DNA of 64,000 nt from positions 124,001 through 188,000 of IMG/VR virus record IMGVR_UViG_3300025012_000028. The stretch is one strand, 5' to 3'. Position numbers and translations under genes: made by a program. This document shows positions 60,717 to 64,000 of the stretch, piece after piece. The notes beneath the pieces were generated by a model. That model worked only from the letters and a program-made list of their open reading frames with translations, was not told where the DNA came from and made no database searches. Within the stretch, counting starts at the first letter, position 1; each line of letters opens with the position of its first letter.

Positions 60717-62819
60717 TTATACTGTAGTTCCTGATCCATCTTTCCAGACTGTACCATTCCATACTATGAGTTTATTTAATGTAGTATCAAAATGTTGTTG
60801 AAATGATGTTGGGTATATTGGTCGGTAATTTGTGGACGATGCGGGCAATATCATTTGGTTGTAACCAATTAAGGTTGTGTCGGACACAAGTTTAATTCGT
60901 CCATGACTTTCATTTATAAGACTGTTATTTACGCCATCAACATCCCTAATATGAATTTCATATGCTCCACCAACAATTTTATATGAATTATCTTTAAATA
61001 TACTACCCACAGCTTTTTCGGTATCTATGACCCTAGTTACATTTTTTACATCAAAAATATTATTGGTCACTTTCATATTAATTACTGTCAAGTGATTGGG
61101 GTGTGATCCGGTGATTGAAATACCTCTAGCATATATGAGATTGTCAGTAGTATATTCGTTCAAAATGCAGCTAAAAATATTATTGGATATAATTGTATTG
61201 ATGCCATTATAATTTAAAATTCCGCCCAGTCGAAACACATTATTGGAAATGATTGTATTTTTTGCACTATATATCTGAATACAATACTGTTCAGTATTTG
61301 AGACCGGATCAGAATTTGGTGTTGGTTCATTACTAAAATAGAGTATATTATTTGAGATGGTTGTATTATGTTCTATTGTGTTTTCATCCAATCCAGTAGC
61401 ATCCCATTCTGCTTGTGTTGGTACATATTTCCAACTTCCATAACTAAATGAACTGTATGATGTAGAATCAATACCAGTAAGGGAAAAATTATTGGAATCA
61501 ATAACTAATATCACCGCACTTGCCCCATTAATTTGTGTCATACCCCAATTTGCGCTTGTGGTAATTTTTACGGTCTGACCAGTGGTGCGCCCATGACCCG
61601 TACTGTTTACGACCGCAGGGTTGGCGTTGGTAATGTTTTGAATGGTTGCGGTTGGTTGAAGTGGTTCGTCCCACAATTTATTGACAAATATATTAGCCAC
61701 TTTATTATCGTAAATAATATTATTTGAAATTGTAACATGACCTACCATATCATTTGGATAATCGTAAGACTCGCCAGCATTAATACCATAGTAATTGTCA
61801 TGTATATGAGCACCAGTTATAGATAAGTTAAGTGCTCCTTGATGTACCCCAATACCAGAGTCGTGTATATTGTGGTGCCAGTGACCACCAATTATAGTAA
61901 TTCCTATAACTTTACCTGAGTGCAATCCTTTCTTGCCGTTATGGTGTGAGTGAACATTTATAAAAGAACAACCATCAGCACCAATAGGAACACCACACCC
62001 ATTTCCAGTTATATTACGACACTCAACATTTTCGAGAGTACCGTTATCTGCAAGAAAGGAGACGCCATAATTGGCGTTGGCATTCCACAGCCAACTGCTA
62101 TTGGTTCCGCCTGTTTCGGTCCAGTTACCATCAGCAGTCAGGCCGGATACTGTTGAACCTACCGCAGTTACAGAAATGACAGTAAAAGCAGAAGATGTAG
62201 CATCAAAAGGTAAACCTGTTATCGTACTAGTACCAGTTTTGATTGGTGCATAGTCCATAATTTTGATTATTGTATTTCCTGCACCAACTCCTTTTAAATT
62301 GACCCCCTCTTTATTGAGTGACACTTCATCCGAAATAATGTAAGTTTTACCCCTCAAAAGGACTTCACCCCGAACTACAGATTGAATTGCTTTATTAATC
62401 TCTATTTGGTCCGATACACCATCTATTCCCCACCACTCAGGTCGTGCCTCACTCAAATTCTGAATCAAACCCAATCCTTTGAAACAATCATCAGAACCCT
62501 TAAATAATCCATTAATAGTCACATCGTTACTATTATTTAAAGCCCCACCAGCCATATATATATCTGCGTTTAATGTGGTCGGCACAACTGTCCATTCTTT
62601 ATAGATAAAGAGAGTTTTATTTGAGGCTAGAGCAACGCTATCTGCCTCACTTAACGTTTCAAATTCTAAATCACTTATCCACCCTACTCGACCATCCAAC
62701 AGTACAATTTTATCATATAAATATAAAAAGTTTTCATCCATCTCATCCATCGTCAGCGGAATTAATGATTTAGTTATATCATCTTCTATTCTGTCGGTTG
62801 ATCTAGTTCTTAATGTCAT
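60717..62819 (-). CDS. tailspike (beta-helix) with an inserted FCCH-like beta domain
   Basis: PLT.DEMDENF N-terminus; PEWWG.DG..D...I.KAI; ITNANPAVV...HG.TTG..VKI insert; FDTTLNK.I.WNG..W.D C-terminus. Confidence 0.8.
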   Translation of the reverse strand: MTLRTRSTDRIEDDITKSLIPLTMDEMDENFLYLYDKIVLLDGRVGWISDLEFETLSEADSVALASNKTLFIYKEWTVVPTTLNADIYMAGGALNNSNDVTINGLFKGSDDCFKGLGLIQNLSEARPEWWGIDGVSDQIEINKAIQSVVRGEVLLRGKTYIISDEVSLNKEGVNLKGVGAGNTIIKIMDYAPIKTGTSTITGLPFDATSSAFTVISVTAVGSTVSGLTADGNWTETGGTNSSWLWNANANYGVSFLADNGTLENVECRNITGNGCGVPIGADGCSFINVHSHHNGKKGLHSGKVIGITIIGGHWHHNIHDSGIGVHQGALNLSITGAHIHDNYYGINAGESYDYPNDMVGHVTISNNIIYDNKVANIFVNKLWDEPLQPTATIQNITNANPAVVNSTGHGRTTGQTVKITTSANWGMTQINGASAVILVIDSNNFSLTGIDSTSYSSFSYGSWKYVPTQAEWDATGLDENTIEHNTTISNNILYFSNEPTPNSDPVSNTEQYCIQIYSAKNTIISNNVFRLGGILNYNGINTIISNNIFSCILNEYTTDNLIYARGISITGSHPNHLTVINMKVTNNIFDVKNVTRVIDTEKAVGSIFKDNSYKIVGGAYEIHIRDVDGVNNSLINESHGRIKLVSDTTLIGYNQMILPASSTNYRPIYPTSFQQHFDTTLNKLIVWNGTVWKDGSGTTV

Positions 62820-62828
62820 TTTTTACTC

Positions 62829-63212
62829 CTATCTAATACTTTTAAAATCTATAACCATTTCTTGATTAGAGTTTGTAAAATTAATTTCAAAATTCAAATA
62901 AATGATATATGTTTGTAGATCTTCATCACCAATTACTTGAACTTGTATATTATTTATTCTGGGTTCATATCTTTTTAGTCCCATTTCGATATCTATCTTC
63001 ATCATTGCTGCACTCAAATCATCAATAGGATCAAATAGATAACGATCCAAATCCAAACCTATTTCTGGGTTCATGGGAACTGTGAATGGTTGGGTTTGAA
63101 AAAGATTCATGATAGATTCTTTTACTGTTTGTTCGTTAGTGAGCATGGGAATATCTTTAGTTCCCAATAAATCTCTACCCTTCTTAGAAATGTCATAGTA
63201 ATAAATTGTCAT
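62829..63212 (-). CDS. 25: baseplate wedge gp25-like protein
   Basis: YYDI, VKESIMNL..T......MNPE.G..L..YLFDP and RYEPRI motifs. Confidence 0.88.
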   Translation of the reverse strand: MTIYYYDISKKGRDLLGTKDIPMLTNEQTVKESIMNLFQTQPFTVPMNPEIGLDLDRYLFDPIDDLSAAMMKIDIEMGLKRYEPRINNIQVQVIGDEDLQTYIIYLNFEINFTNSNQEMVIDFKSIR

Positions 63213-63236
63213 ATCGAACCTTATTTTAGTTTCTCT

Positions 63237-63277
63237 TATTTATAAAAAGAAAAGCCCCCAAGATTTTCTTGGGGGCC
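63237..63277 (-). promoter_or_regulatory. terminator after SSB followed by late promoter TATAAATA
   Basis: GCCCCCAAG...CTTGGGGGC hairpin with U-tract; TATAAATA at 63237-63244. Confidence 0.8.
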
Positions 63278-63305
63278 AATTGCATTGCAAGGAGGTTCGG
63301 ATTTG

Positions 63306-64000
63306 TTATTTGATTGCGTGTTTGAAGAATTCATCATCTTCATCTTCGGCTGAAGATGAAGTGCTGGTTGAAGTTTCAGGAGCAGCTTCAGAAGAAGTAG
63401 CCGTAGAATCAGAACCAAAATCAGGAATCTGATCATCTTCGCCGGAACCGAAGAAGTTATCAAGTCCCTCTCCGGTTTCGGGTTCTTCAGGTTCGCCACC
63501 ACCCTCTTCTTCACGTTCTTCAATGGACATACCAAACACATGACCAACGAGAGCAATCACTTCATCGTTGGTAGGATATTTGGTTGGATCGATAAATTCA
63601 TCCAGCAGAACTGATTTATCCATGACCGCATCAATTTTAGCTTCATCACCACCCATAAACGCTTTCTGGGGCATGAATCTAGATTCTGCATAGGAAGGGA
63701 TAGACGTACCATTATCGAACTTTCCATTCTCCTTAGACGTAAGGAAGAAGTCTGCACCATCAAACAGATCGCAAGGAACGAATTCGATGAAATCCGGTGC
63801 TTCTTTATCCTTGTCGGTGGGGAACATTTTCTGTTTGTACTTGGCGATTACAGGTGCCATATCATAAAGAAAAGTTTTACCTTCATCATCGGGACGATCA
63901 GAATGTTTGATTACGTGAAGGTTGCAAACAAAATGCTCTTTCCTGCAAAGCTTCTTACCTTCTTTTTTGTCGGACTCAAAAGCGGATTCGTGATATTCCC
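63306..64000 (-). CDS. 32: single-stranded DNA-binding protein gp32-like (5' end outside window)
   Basis: The frame is open to the window edge: RKEHFVCNLHVIKH...PDDEGKTFLY, DLFDGADF, SY.ES.F, acidic tail ending DDEFF. Confidence 0.85.
   Translation of the reverse strand, partial: EYHESAFESDKKEGKKLCRKEHFVCNLHVIKHSDRPDDEGKTFLYDMAPVIAKYKQKMFPTDKDKEAPDFIEFVPCDLFDGADFFLTSKENGKFDNGTSIPSYAESRFMPQKAFMGGDEAKIDAVMDKSVLLDEFIDPTKYPTNDEVIALVGHVFGMSIEEREEEGGGEPEEPETGEGLDNFFGSGEDDQIPDFGSDSTATSSEAAPETSTSTSSSAEDEDDEFFKHAIK

Noticed and set aside
43770-62819. Diversity-generating retroelement or invertible tail-fibre switch
   Set aside because: No reverse transcriptase, invertase or template/variable repeat pair was seen in the window.
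1-64000. tRNA/rRNA genes and stop-codon reassignment
   Set aside because: No cloverleaf or T-loop signature was noticed by eye (tRNAscan-SE would be decisive). Conserved genes are full length in the standard code, with TAA, TAG and TGA all used as stops.

Overview
This is an AT-rich segment of a large T4-like (jumbo-type) myophage genome, transcribed almost entirely on the minus strand. Reading from the right end: gp32-like SSB (partial); a late baseplate/tail module (gp25, a very long gp6, wedge proteins, three tailspikes, a tail fibre and chaperone, RuvC); a vWA / PurA-like / J-domain / deoxyribosyltransferase-like cluster; a split clamp and clamp-loader region (gp45, gp44, gp62); dUTPase; and about 14 kb of sigma70-driven early genes rich in RNA-repair and counter-defence enzymes. 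Four free-standing homing-type endonucleases are scattered through the window. The most striking feature is 13 late genes in two clusters (14168-22913 and 40893-43556). They share an N-terminal leader M-I-S-F-K-x-F/Y-(L/I)-x-E resembling the T4 capsid-targeting sequence and gp21 cleavage site, and many are chained by ATGA/GTGA overlaps behind TATAAATA late promoters. Their bodies are unrelated effector domains: up to five ADP-ribosyltransferase-like domains, a GNAT, a protein kinase and two PcfJ-like domains. The inference is a modular, virion-packaged 'injected effector arsenal'. All product calls come from motif recognition by eye, not database searches.
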